A DNA stretch of 63,910 nucleotides, counting the filler, from Nanobdellati archaeon (GTDB lineage: Archaea; Nanobdellota; Nanobdellia; Woesearchaeales; JAADFO01): the NCBI GenBank assembly GCA_013152815.1. It is 4 parts of 4 records of this genome, joined end to end, with 100 filler letters (N's around TTAATTAATTAA, not from the genome) between each part and the next. Parts side by side here need not be neighbours in the genome. Positions count along the whole stretch, not along the records: positions 1 to 23,575 come from JAADFO010000066.1; positions 23,676 to 37,705 come from JAADFO010000068.1; 2 more parts are not named here. One strand, given 5' to 3'. Positions 17,490 to 27,116 of this stretch are shown piece after piece. Below the pieces are notes generated by a model. The model was not told the origin of the DNA. It did not search any database and saw only the letters and a list, made by a program, of their open reading frames with translations. The translations under genes were made by a program, and so were the position numbers. Numbering within the stretch: position 1 is the first letter of the stretch; each line of letters opens with the position of its first letter.

Positions 17490-17693
17490 ATGGCATTGTT
17501 CGGACTGTTAAAGGAGAGATGCTTCTATTGCAGACGACCCATAGAGCGGGGCAAGGAATTCGTCACCAGTGTCATGGTGCCTGGATATGTCGGGACTTTC
17601 CAGAAGAGTTTCTGCTGCGAAGACCACGCGACGTCCTATGTCCAGGATATCGAGAAGAAGCCTAAAGGTTCAGGAGGCAGCTGCTGCCATTGA
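17490..17693 (+). CDS. TRASH-like metal-binding protein ending GGSCCH
   Basis: CFYC...FCCEDH...GGSCCH; GGTGA RBS. Confidence 0.78.
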   Translation: MALFGLLKERCFYCRRPIERGKEFVTSVMVPGYVGTFQKSFCCEDHATSYVQDIEKKPKGSGGSCCH

Positions 17694-17738
17694 TATGAAC
17701 TCTGAAATATAAAATCTGAAAAAAATGAGCTGAAAAAA

Positions 17739-17828
17739 ATGAGCAAGAAAATGAGAACTTTCCTGGTCGTGCTTCTCATAGTCCTGTTCGTGGTGAGTTA
17801 TCTGGGCGTCATGACCGGGCATCATTAG
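17739..17828 (+). CDS. 29-aa single-TM peptide ending GHH
   Basis: MSKKMRTFLVVLLIVLFVVSYLGVMTGHH; host-like codons; co-oriented with the operon. Confidence 0.45.
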   Translation: MSKKMRTFLVVLLIVLFVVSYLGVMTGHH

Positions 17829-17891
17829 TCCTTTGCAGGAAGATCTCTTGACCTGGACAATGATCTGACAGAGATAAAGAGGTGATGTGAA

Positions 17892-18575
17892 ATGAATCCG
17901 TGGCTCGCTTTTTCGTTGATACTGCTGGGTATCTGGTTCGTGATTTTCTTAGCGAGGTCTCTGGTCAGGAAAGAGATGCTCTGGGCGAGCATCCTGACCG
18001 CGCCGTTTGGATTGACAGAACCGATCTTCGTCCCTGCGTACTGGAATCCTCCTTCTTTGTTCAATCTTGCTGCCACTACAGGTTTTGATGTTGAGAGCAT
18101 CATCTTCTCCTTCGCAGTGGGAGGCATCGGCGCGGTACTCTACGAGACCTTCATCAAGACCCATCATGTGAAGATGTCCCAGCACGAGAGGGGATCTTCC
18201 CGGCACCGGTATCATCTATGGGCGTTGTTATCGCCGTTAATCACCTTCATCCCCCTGTATGTCTTCACTTCCCTCAATCCGATATATTCTGCCAGCATCG
18301 CGATGATCACCGGCGCGACCGCCGCAACGCTCTGCAGACCAGACCTTAAGAAGAAGATATTCCTGGGTTCACTGTTGTTCCTCGCGCTCTATTTTGTGTT
18401 CTTCCTGTCATTCAACCTGTTTTATCCAGGTCTCGTCGAACAGGTCTGGAATCTGCAGGCGATATCAGGGATCCTGATAGCAGGCATTCCTCTTGAGGAG
18501 CTCATGTTCGCCCTCACCTTCGGAGCGCTATGGTCCAGTTATTATGAGCACATAAACTGGTACAGGATCCTTTAG
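17892..18575 (+). CDS. membrane lycopene-cyclase-domain protein (CrtYc/d-like)
   Basis: two hydrophobic repeats; W...GILIAGIPLEELMF motif; GAGGTGA RBS. Confidence 0.7.
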   Translation: MNPWLAFSLILLGIWFVIFLARSLVRKEMLWASILTAPFGLTEPIFVPAYWNPPSLFNLAATTGFDVESIIFSFAVGGIGAVLYETFIKTHHVKMSQHERGSSRHRYHLWALLSPLITFIPLYVFTSLNPIYSASIAMITGATAATLCRPDLKKKIFLGSLLFLALYFVFFLSFNLFYPGLVEQVWNLQAISGILIAGIPLEELMFALTFGALWSSYYEHINWYRIL

Positions 18576-18591
18576 GGTTGAGGCGTCTATC

Positions 18592-18705
18592 ATGAATGAA
18601 AAAGACTGTGTGCAGACCAGACGAAACAAATCTGACCCCATGACCGTGAAGCTCTGTCCGATGCTGGACGAATGTGACTGCGGCAGGCAGGATTGCTGTC
18701 GATGA
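18592..18705 (+). CDS. 37-aa Cys-rich peptide ending DCCR (absent from ORF track)
   Basis: MNEKDCVQTRRNKSDPMTVKLCPMLDECDCGRQDCCR; 6 Cys; GAGG upstream. Confidence 0.5.
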   Translation: MNEKDCVQTRRNKSDPMTVKLCPMLDECDCGRQDCCR

Positions 18706-18763
18706 ACGACCTCCTTCCGGGCTCTGATCACCATCCGCTATCACAGGTCACACCGGACCGGTG

Positions 18764-19714
18764 TTATGAGTAATAGCTGGTCTTGTATATCTGGTCAAGC
18801 ATCAGGGAGGTATGGGTCATTATGGATTCACCGAACAGGTCCTCGATCTCCTTCACTATCCTGTGAAACTGCTTTTGGGATTCGACCTCGAACGTCGGCT
18901 CGATGTTCCAGTCCGCAAGGACCTCTCTCACGTTGACCGTATTCGGCTGCCTGTGAAAATACTCGATGAACCTCTTCCTGTGCGAACATTCCTTCAATCG
19001 GATCAGGAGCTTGTATGTCGTCGTCTCCAGGGTCTCCATGTCGAGGGCGGCGGTGTATTTCTGTATGATGTTGCTCTTTTCCATCTTCCTGATGCGATAC
19101 GCTATGATCTTCGGGGTCGATCCGATCTGTTTCGCGATGTCGAGAAGGTTCCGGCGGGCATCCTGAGCAAGGATGGACAGTATCTTCTCATCGATCTCAT
19201 CGGTCCTCTCATCTCCCCGCGTATCGATATGTTGCGTCATGTGGATGTCCTTTCCGACAAGATACTTCCTGCCGAAGAAGTAGGTCTCTATGCTGATGGA
19301 TAAGGAGGATGAAGCTATATAGATGGTGAAGTTGTCAAAGATCCTGTTCTTCAGGGCATTGAGCTCATGGATGTTGTTGACCACCATGCCTATGAGCAGG
19401 TCCCATGAACCCTTGCAGAGCGCGAGGTCAATCACTTCAGGAAGCCGGGAGAAGAAAGCGACCATCTCATTCCTCAAAGGGACCGTGACATTATGGAATC
19501 TCAGGAACAGCTCGACATGCATCTTGCCTCTCTTGGCCAGGCTCACGATCGTCCGATAACCCTGGATGATCCCTTTTTTCTCCAATTGGTGGATACGGTA
19601 ATGCACCGATTCCTTCTTCAGCCTTACCTTCTTCCCGATGGACGACAAAGACTGACGTGAATTGCAGTCCAATTCGCAGAGGATAGCCCTGTCTGCTTTT
19701 GTGAGCGTGACCAT
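18764..19714 (-). CDS. tandem (two-unit) Lrp/AsnC family transcriptional regulator
   Basis: two HTH-RAM units: DRAILCELDCNSRQSLSSIG...YRIHQLEKKGII and DEKILSILAQDARRNL..IA...YRIRKMEKSNII. Confidence 0.9.
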   Translation of the reverse strand: MVTLTKADRAILCELDCNSRQSLSSIGKKVRLKKESVHYRIHQLEKKGIIQGYRTIVSLAKRGKMHVELFLRFHNVTVPLRNEMVAFFSRLPEVIDLALCKGSWDLLIGMVVNNIHELNALKNRIFDNFTIYIASSSLSISIETYFFGRKYLVGKDIHMTQHIDTRGDERTDEIDEKILSILAQDARRNLLDIAKQIGSTPKIIAYRIRKMEKSNIIQKYTAALDMETLETTTYKLLIRLKECSHRKRFIEYFHRQPNTVNVREVLADWNIEPTFEVESQKQFHRIVKEIEDLFGESIMTHTSLMLDQIYKTSYYS

Positions 19715-19730
19715 GAATCGACTAAGAGAC

Positions 19731-19795
19731 CTTTTTCTATAAATATTCTTCTATTCGTTAGAAAACTTAAGAGCAAGACTTAAATGTATGAACAA
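19731..19795. promoter_or_regulatory. 65-bp divergent promoter/operator block, copy B (between Lrp and copA)
   Basis: TTTATAGA on the minus strand about 25 nt before the Lrp ATG; ACTTAAATGT on the plus strand; paralogous to 16683-16747. Confidence 0.7.
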
Positions 19796-20070
19796 TCGAC
19801 ATCCTGAGATGAGATGCATTCGTCGAAGAAACCAGAGATCTCGTCTCCCTGAACTGTCCCCTTTGTCATGGACGCAGGGTATGAACCCTCTGCACAAATA
19901 ATGTTCAGAGAAAGAAAATATCCAGAGTGATGAGCGGTTCATCGTTTTCTTTCTCGTCTGTCCGGATCGAGAAAGCATACACCGATCCAGAAGAAGCAGA
20001 TTGAGGAGGAGCAGATCATGTGAGTATCAGGGAGAGCACTGAATGGTTCTCCCAGAAGGAGTGGATCCCG

Positions 20071-22722
20071 ATGGCAAAAGACCCCATATGCGGCATGGAT
20101 GTCGACCCGAAGAAAGCGAAGTTCATGGCGGTGAAGGACGGCAGGAAGTATTATTTCTGCAGCAAGCACTGTCACCATGCGTTCATCGGCGGAACAGAGA
20201 CAAAGGCAGCTTCTGCTCCAGAGAACGCTCAAACCGACTCTGCTCCTGAAAAAGCGCAGACTACGCTTCCCATCAAAGGGATGACCTGTGCCAGCTGTGC
20301 CGTCACCATCGAAAAATCCCTGCGTCAGGTCCCGGGTGTGGAAAGCGCAGAGGTCAATCTGGCTACCCAACGCGCCAAGGTGAGCTATGATCCCGCAAAA
20401 GCCGACACGTCCCTGTTCGAGAAGGCAGTAAAAGATGTGGGCTATGAGGTCATCAAGGAGCATGACACTTCACCGCATTCTTCAGCTCTCAGACTCAAAG
20501 TCATCGGAATGGACAATCCCCATTGCATCGGCATCGTCGGCTCAGCCCTGGATAAACAGAAGGGCGTACTGTCTAAGGAGTTGCTCGTCACTGAGAAGGC
20601 CAACCTCACCTTTGATCCGACGCAGATATCAAAGGAAAAGATCCGTCAGGTCATCCGGGATGCCGGATATGAGAATACCGAGGCTGCCGAAGCATCAGCA
20701 GACCATGAGAAAGCGGTGAGACACCAGGAGATCGTCAGTCTCAAGAAGAAGGTGATCTTCTCAGGGATATTGGGCATCCCTCTGCTTTACCTTGCCATGG
20801 CTCCCCATGTCGGCCTTCCGACGCTTGCCGATGTGACGCTTCTGGCGATCATCCAGTTCATCCTCACCACACCCATCATGTTCATCGGATATCAGTTCTT
20901 CACCAAGGGCTTCCGCGCGCTCATCAAGACAAGGACAGCCAATATGGACACCTTGATCGCCACCGGAACCGGTGCTGCCTATCTCTATAGTCTTGTGGCC
21001 ACGATCTCCATTCTCATGAACTCTTCACATTTCGGGGTCAAGGACATCTACTACGAGGTCGCAGGCCTCCTCATCTTCTTTATCCTCCTGGGCCGGTATT
21101 TCGAGGCCATCGCCAAGGGCAAGACCTCTGATGCCATCAAGAAGCTCATGGGGCTCCAGCCGAAAACAGCAATCGTCATCCGGAAGGGAAAGGAGCAGGA
21201 GGTGTCCATCGCTGATGTCATCGCAGGGGATCTGGTCATCGTGAAACCAGGACAGAAGGTACCTGTCGACGGTGTCGTCACCGAGGGGCATTCTTCGGTG
21301 GATGAGAGCATGATCTCCGGAGAGAGCCTGCCGGTCGAGAAGAAGGAAGGCAGCAAGGTCATCGGCGCAACCATCAACAGGACAGGAGCGTTCACGTTCA
21401 AGGCCACCAAGGTCGGGAAAGACACCATGCTGGCCCAGATCATCAAGCTGGTCGAAGATGCCCAGGCCAGCAAGGCGCCCATCCAGAAGCTCGCCGATAC
21501 CATCTCTGCCTATTTCGTCCCGGTCGTCGTCAGTATCGGTATCATCTCGGCCGTTCTCTGGTATCTTTTCGGCATGGGATTCCTCTTCTCCTTCACCATC
21601 CTGATCGCAGTCTTAATCATCGCATGTCCCTGTGCATTGGGGTTGGCTACGCCGACGGCAGTCATGGTGGGGACAGGAAAGGGCGCGCAGAACGGCATCC
21701 TCATCAAGTCAGCAGAGGCCCTCCAGCTGGCTGGCCAGCTCGATACGGTCGTCTTCGACAAGACCGGCACCATAACCAAAGGCAAGCCAGAGGTCACCGA
21801 TCTGGTGACCATGGGCAAGCACACCAAAGCAGAAGAAGCGGAACTCCTGCAATCAGCGGCCATCGCCGAGAAGAAGTCAGAGCATCCGTTGGCAGAGGCC
21901 ATCCTCCGCAGGGCAAAGGAGAAGAAACTCCCTGTTCCTGACCCCTCCCAGTTCGAAGCGATCACCGGCAAAGGCATCGAGGCCCGTCACCAGAGCAGGA
22001 ACATCCTCATGGGCAACAGGTCGTTGATGAAAGCGAAGGGGATCACTGTCGACAGCATCGAGAAGAGGCTCCACGCCCTCGAAGGCCAGGGCAAGACCGC
22101 CATGATCATCGCCCTGGACAAGAAGATCGCAGGCATCATCGCGGTCGCCGACACCATCAAGGAGGATTCTCACGATACTGTCCGTCAGCTCGAGGCCATG
22201 GGCATCTCCACCATCATGATCACCGGCGACAACCAGAGGACTGCCGAGGCCATCGGCAGGCAGGCAGGCATCAAGACCGTCCTTGCCGAGGTCCTCCCAC
22301 AGGACAAGGCCAAGGCAGTGAAAAGGCTCCAGTCCGAAGGGCGGAAGGTCGCCATGGTCGGAGACGGCATCAATGATGCACCGGCGTTGACCCAGGCCGA
22401 CATCGGGATAGCTGTCGGTTCAGGGACCGATGTGGCCATCGAATCAGGCGACATCGTCCTGGTCAAGGACAGCCTCAGGGATGTCGTGGTGGCCATCGAG
22501 CTGAGCCGCTACACCATGAAGAAGATCCGGCAGAACCTCTTCTGGGCTTTCTTCTACAATACGCTCGGCATCCCCATAGCGGCGGGCATCCTCTATCCGT
22601 TCACCGGATTCTTGCTGAATCCCATCATCGCAGGGGCAGCCATGGCCTTCAGCAGCGTCAGCGTCGTATCCAACTCGCTTCTGATGAGACGCTGGAAGCC
22701 GAAGAGTGCTCTTGGAGGATAA
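20071..22722 (+). CDS. copA: Cu(I)-translocating P1B-1 ATPase with YHS and two HMA domains
   Basis: [52 protein letters not shown]. Confidence 0.96.
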   Translation: MAKDPICGMDVDPKKAKFMAVKDGRKYYFCSKHCHHAFIGGTETKAASAPENAQTDSAPEKAQTTLPIKGMTCASCAVTIEKSLRQVPGVESAEVNLATQRAKVSYDPAKADTSLFEKAVKDVGYEVIKEHDTSPHSSALRLKVIGMDNPHCIGIVGSALDKQKGVLSKELLVTEKANLTFDPTQISKEKIRQVIRDAGYENTEAAEASADHEKAVRHQEIVSLKKKVIFSGILGIPLLYLAMAPHVGLPTLADVTLLAIIQFILTTPIMFIGYQFFTKGFRALIKTRTANMDTLIATGTGAAYLYSLVATISILMNSSHFGVKDIYYEVAGLLIFFILLGRYFEAIAKGKTSDAIKKLMGLQPKTAIVIRKGKEQEVSIADVIAGDLVIVKPGQKVPVDGVVTEGHSSVDESMISGESLPVEKKEGSKVIGATINRTGAFTFKATKVGKDTMLAQIIKLVEDAQASKAPIQKLADTISAYFVPVVVSIGIISAVLWYLFGMGFLFSFTILIAVLIIACPCALGLATPTAVMVGTGKGAQNGILIKSAEALQLAGQLDTVVFDKTGTITKGKPEVTDLVTMGKHTKAEEAELLQSAAIAEKKSEHPLAEAILRRAKEKKLPVPDPSQFEAITGKGIEARHQSRNILMGNRSLMKAKGITVDSIEKRLHALEGQGKTAMIIALDKKIAGIIAVADTIKEDSHDTVRQLEAMGISTIMITGDNQRTAEAIGRQAGIKTVLAEVLPQDKAKAVKRLQSEGRKVAMVGDGINDAPALTQADIGIAVGSGTDVAIESGDIVLVKDSLRDVVVAIELSRYTMKKIRQNLFWAFFYNTLGIPIAAGILYPFTGFLLNPIIAGAAMAFSSVSVVSNSLLMRRWKPKSALGG

Positions 22723-22727
22723 TCAAC

Positions 22728-23575
22728 ATGAAAAACAGAACCCGAACCCGTTCCCTGCTTACACTGTCGACATCTCTGCTGTCCCTGTTCCTGCTGCTCT
22801 TCCTGGCAGGCTGCTCCCTCACACCGTCTTCCTCTCCTGCCGAGAAGGCATCTGCTTCCGCGACATCGACCGCTGACGTCAAAGGCGACAGCGGAGGCAA
22901 GGAGCCGGATATCTGGAAGCCCTCTAAGCAGACCACGCTCAGGAAGCTGGTCTTCAACCTGCCGAAGATGGACAAGAAAATGTGTGAGACCTTTCCCCGG
23001 GTGATCATCTCTGCCCTTGAGTCGACTCCAGGTGTCGTCGATGCTGGGTTTGTCTATGATGGACATGTGGTCACGGTCTACTATGATCCTGCCGTGGTGA
23101 AGAGAGATGCCTTGCTCAACCATGATTCCTTCGCATGGGTGGGCACGGTCTTTGTCAGTGAGGACAAATCCTCTCTCGATCCCCTGCGTCTTTTCGACGA
23201 CAGGGAAGCGAACAACGATCTGGTGATGCCCGACGAGCATATGGCCGGCCTTCCTGTCCCGGACAAGGGTTATGATGACCTTTCTGCTCCGGAGTTCGAC
23301 CGTCTCATCCAGAACAAGGATGTGTTCCTTGTCGATGTCCACATCCCGGAACAGCAGCACATACCCGGGACAGACGCGCTTATCCCCTTCAATGCCATCA
23401 GCGAGAACCTCGGGAACCTGCCGGCTGACAGGTCGACGCCCATCGCGGTCTATTGCAGGAGCGGAAGCATGAGCAAGGAAGCATCCGCAGAACTGGTCCG
23501 GCTCGGATACACCAATGTGTCAAACCTTATCGGCGGTTTGAACGAATGGAAGCTGGACTCGCTGCCTGTCGGATA
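22728..23575 (+). CDS. lipoprotein with HMA-like and rhodanese domains
   Basis: LAGC lipobox; ferredoxin-like HMA segment with one Cys; HIPGT...YCRSGSMS...LIGGLNEW; the last bases TA before the gap may be the stop codon. Confidence 0.78.
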
Positions 23576-23675
23576 NNNNNNNNNNNNNNNNNNNNNNNNN
23601 NNNNNNNNNNNNNNNNNNNTTAATTAATTAANNNNNNNNNNNNNNNNNNNNNNNNNNNNNNNNNNNNNNNNNNNN
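23576..23675. other. artificial contig linker
   Basis: N44-TTAATTAATTAA-N44, stops in all six frames. Confidence 0.98.
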
Positions 23676-23676
23676 C

Positions 23677-25452
23677 CTCTATCCGTCTGCTGACCTGGAT
23701 GCCAACACCACCTATGGCTATGCACCTCTCACGGTCGAATATGCCTGTGAAAGCCGGGGCGGAGACCAACCCCTCCACTACCGCGTCGACCTTGGAAACG
23801 GGGAAAGTGAAACTGGCAACCAGCATCCGATCGCCACGTACCATGAACCCGGCACCTACACTGCAATATGCCGGGTGACTGATATCGATGGTGACGAGGC
23901 GACCGACAGCTTGACCGTCACGGTCATCGAACAGCCGGAAGAGCCGGTCCACGACCTCGCGCTTTACCAGCCGTCCATCCCCTCCTCTGCCAGAACCGGC
24001 GAGGCGGTGATGCTCTCCTCCAGCGTCGAGAACCAGGGCAACAGGCATGAATCCAGCACCATCCGGTTCTTTGTCGACGGTGCCGAACTTCCCGGTTGCA
24101 GCGGATCCTTCGCAGACCTCGCTCCCGGCGCAGTCGACGGCGAAGGCTACACCTGTCCCTGGACAGCGACCGAAGGAGAACACACCATCCGAATCCGGGT
24201 GGATCCTGTTGCAGGTGAGACCGACCTTTCCGATAATGCCTTCGAGCAGACAATACAGGTCTCCTGTGAAGACTGTCAGCCCTACGCGTTCGTCAACGCA
24301 ACACCCCGCGAAGGATATGCTCCTCTGGAGGTGGACTTCACCTGCTACGCCAAGTATGGCAACGAGCCCTATGCCTATTCCTGGGATTTCGGCGACGGCA
24401 GCATGAGCGACAGTCCGAACCCGACCCATACCTACCAGGAACCCGGAAGCTATCACGCTGTCTGCACGGTCACCGATGTGGACGGCGACCATGCCAGCAA
24501 CGGCCTTTACATCGGTGCCTGGTGGGCCAACCATGCGCCCACTGCAGACTTCATGTGGACGCCTCCCCAGCCCATGGCTGGTGAAGCGGTCGGCTTCAAC
24601 ACGCTCTCCACCGATCCTGACTATAATATAGTGTCCTATGAGTGGGACCTGGACAATGACGGCGTCTTCGAGGCCTATGGCATGAGCGAGGACCATGTCT
24701 TCCTCGCTCCCGGATCCTATATCATCACCCACCGGGTGACCGATGCCTATGGGCTCAGTGACACGGTCAGCAAGACCGTTGTCGTCCGGGAACAGCCCCA
24801 CACCCCTGTGTCTGCATTGATCATAGCCGATCCTCTCTCTGGCCCGGCATCCCTTGATGTCTCGTTCAAAGGCAGAGGGACCGGTGACGGCAGATTGACC
24901 TACACCTGGGACTTCAACGATGGTTCAGGCCAGTATACGGTCCAGAACCTCCACCATGTCTTCAGGAAGGAAGGGGCATATCTGGTGACCCTGACCGTCA
25001 CCGATGAAGATGGAGACACTGCACAAGATACCGAGACCATAACAGTCCGTTCAGACGGCCGAGATGACCTTCCCAGGCAAAAGATGGTCTGGACCAGGTT
25101 CAGGCTGCTCAACGATGAGGAGCTCAGGCCAGGAGATACTGCCCTTGTCCTCGTGTCCCTGACCAACAACGGACATCAACTCCTTGAGGATGCCCGGATA
25201 ACGCTCCTGAGCTATGGTATGGATGCCTGGGACAGGATCGGACCCTTCAGCCTTGCTCCGGGGGAGACCTTTTCCCGGATCATGTACCTGGACATCCCTT
25301 CATGGGCAAGACCCGGAGCATATGATCTCCGGGCCGTCGCAAGCTCTGAAGGCGGGATGAAAAGGGTCAAGCACAGAATGTTCTTTATAAATGGCGATAT
25401 GACGGATGATGCTGCCCGCCTTTCTGTCCTGGGAAGCGGCCATGCACGATAG
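23677..25452 (+). CDS. PKD/CARDB multi-domain surface protein (5' truncated)
   Basis: repeated YSWDFGDG...PTHTY..PG.Y PKD units; CARDB-like VENQG...VDP...ETDLSDN; frame open from the contig start. Confidence 0.88.
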   Translation, partial: LYPSADLDANTTYGYAPLTVEYACESRGGDQPLHYRVDLGNGESETGNQHPIATYHEPGTYTAICRVTDIDGDEATDSLTVTVIEQPEEPVHDLALYQPSIPSSARTGEAVMLSSSVENQGNRHESSTIRFFVDGAELPGCSGSFADLAPGAVDGEGYTCPWTATEGEHTIRIRVDPVAGETDLSDNAFEQTIQVSCEDCQPYAFVNATPREGYAPLEVDFTCYAKYGNEPYAYSWDFGDGSMSDSPNPTHTYQEPGSYHAVCTVTDVDGDHASNGLYIGAWWANHAPTADFMWTPPQPMAGEAVGFNTLSTDPDYNIVSYEWDLDNDGVFEAYGMSEDHVFLAPGSYIITHRVTDAYGLSDTVSKTVVVREQPHTPVSALIIADPLSGPASLDVSFKGRGTGDGRLTYTWDFNDGSGQYTVQNLHHVFRKEGAYLVTLTVTDEDGDTAQDTETITVRSDGRDDLPRQKMVWTRFRLLNDEELRPGDTALVLVSLTNNGHQLLEDARITLLSYGMDAWDRIGPFSLAPGETFSRIMYLDIPSWARPGAYDLRAVASSEGGMKRVKHRMFFINGDMTDDAARLSVLGSGHAR

Positions 25453-25642
25453 ATGAGAGATAAAAGATGAAAAAGTTTATATACCAAAGATGCTTACTTT
25501 AGGGTAGTCATAGGGATTAGTCACTGAGAGATGGTATAAATTCGAAAGGTTTAAATATGCGTTGCGATTACCCAATGACAACAATTTCCCTAAAACCAAT
25601 AAAAACTCAAAAAGGTCTTCAATGGCCGGGGGTATAGGAAAA

Positions 25643-26959
25643 ATGAATTGGAAGAAAAACCTTAGGATGCTCGGTTTGGTTGTTTTTCTCGTGAGCATGC
25701 TGTCCCTCAGCGTGGCCGCAGTCGGTTCGCTCAGGTTCGAGGAAGTTAAGATCGATGGAACGGTGGTGACTGACGTTGATTCCAGTACCCCTATCGTTCT
25801 GGCTCGTGAGAAAGATAGCAAAATCGAGATTAGGATAGAGCTGAAGTCCGGTGAGGACCTGAATGATCTTGATCTTGAAGCCGTCATGCGTGGTTATGAC
25901 CACAATGACAGGATTGAAGATTATGTCGGCGCATTCGACGTGGATGCCAATGTCACCTATGTGAAGAAGATGGAACTCAAGCTCCCCATCAGGATGGACA
26001 AGGATGTCTACCGACTCCGAATCCGGGCTGATGACCGGGCTGGCGCGACTTTCCAGAGGGATTATCTCGTCAAGATCGAGTCTGACAACCACAAGCTGTG
26101 GCTGAAGGACGTCATCTTCAACCCCGAGAGCTATGTCAAGGCAGGCAGAGCGCTTCTGACCACCGCAAGGATAGAGAACATCGGCCAGTCCGACGAAGAC
26201 GGTCTCAAAGTTACCGCTTCCATCCCTGCACTGGGCATCAGCGCATCTGACTATATCGATACTCTGGATGAGGGCGACACCATCACCTCTGAGGAGCTCT
26301 ATATGAGAGTCCCTGTATGTGCCGAGCCTGGCGATTATGAGGTCAACATCGCTGTTGCCTATCATGACGGAGACGATACCGAGAAGGTCACCAAGACCAT
26401 CACGGTCGTCGAAGGCGATGTCTGCCCGAGCAAGATCGCTCCTGGTGACGGTTCTTCAGAGCCTGCAACCGAGAAGACGATCATCTCCATCGGCGCAACA
26501 TCCCAGGATGTCACTGCTGGTCAGGGCGGATCCATCTACCCGATCACCCTGACGAACCAGGGTTCCAGCGCAAAGACCTACAGCGTCGCTGTGGATGTCC
26601 CCGGCAACTGGGCCACCTATCAGGTGTCTCCCAGCAATGTTGCCGTCGTGAAATCCGGCGAGACCGCCACCATGTTCGTGTACATCTCTGCCAAGGAGAA
26701 CGCTCCTGCAGGTGAGAACGCGTTCAGCGTGACTGTTTCAGGCGACGGTGAAGAGCTCAAGCAGGTTCTTCTGAAAGCCAATGTTGTCGGCGGAGAAGAG
26801 AACGAGACTGCCAGCGCTTCCGGTTGGGAGAGGGTCAAGAACGCTCTCGAGATCGGCCTGGTCGTGCTTGTTGTGCTTCTCGTCATCCTGGGCCTTGTGA
26901 TTGGCTTCCAAAGGCTCAAGGGAGACGAAGGCGACGACATGGGTAAGACCTACTATTAG
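25643..26959 (+). CDS. secreted Ig-like surface/S-layer-associated protein with C-terminal TM
   Basis: signal peptide, beta-rich domains (ITLTNQG), C-terminal TM and short tail ending YY; TTTAAATA promoter near 25550. Confidence 0.75.
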   Translation: MNWKKNLRMLGLVVFLVSMLSLSVAAVGSLRFEEVKIDGTVVTDVDSSTPIVLAREKDSKIEIRIELKSGEDLNDLDLEAVMRGYDHNDRIEDYVGAFDVDANVTYVKKMELKLPIRMDKDVYRLRIRADDRAGATFQRDYLVKIESDNHKLWLKDVIFNPESYVKAGRALLTTARIENIGQSDEDGLKVTASIPALGISASDYIDTLDEGDTITSEELYMRVPVCAEPGDYEVNIAVAYHDGDDTEKVTKTITVVEGDVCPSKIAPGDGSSEPATEKTIISIGATSQDVTAGQGGSIYPITLTNQGSSAKTYSVAVDVPGNWATYQVSPSNVAVVKSGETATMFVYISAKENAPAGENAFSVTVSGDGEELKQVLLKANVVGGEENETASASGWERVKNALEIGLVVLVVLLVILGLVIGFQRLKGDEGDDMGKTYY

Positions 26960-26960
26960 G

Positions 26961-27002
26961 TCTCTTTTTTTCTCTTTTTTTTCTTATCTTTCTCCTCTTT
27001 TT
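26961..27002 (+). terminator. oligo-T archaeal terminator
   Basis: pyrimidine/T-tract immediately after the stop at 26959. Confidence 0.55.
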
Positions 27003-27116
27003 CATGGTTTCCCTCCTTCCCTGTCCTGGTCGTTTATCGACGAGGAACGGGTTTCGTTATCCGAAACTTTTATAAATCAGTTCTCCTTCCCTAGTGATAA
27101 AATTGAGGTTTCCAAA

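Noticed and set aside
19800..20070. Possible small Cys-containing ORF (…LNCPLCHGRRV) between the promoter block and copA
   Set aside because: No in-frame start after the preceding stop; may be a decayed gene but cannot be supported.
23576..23675. TTAATTAATTAA palindrome repeated three times within N runs (also 37706-37805 and 51375-51474)
   Set aside because: Artificial six-frame-stop contig linker; ORF ends reading LIN/XN and gene adjacency across it are artefacts.
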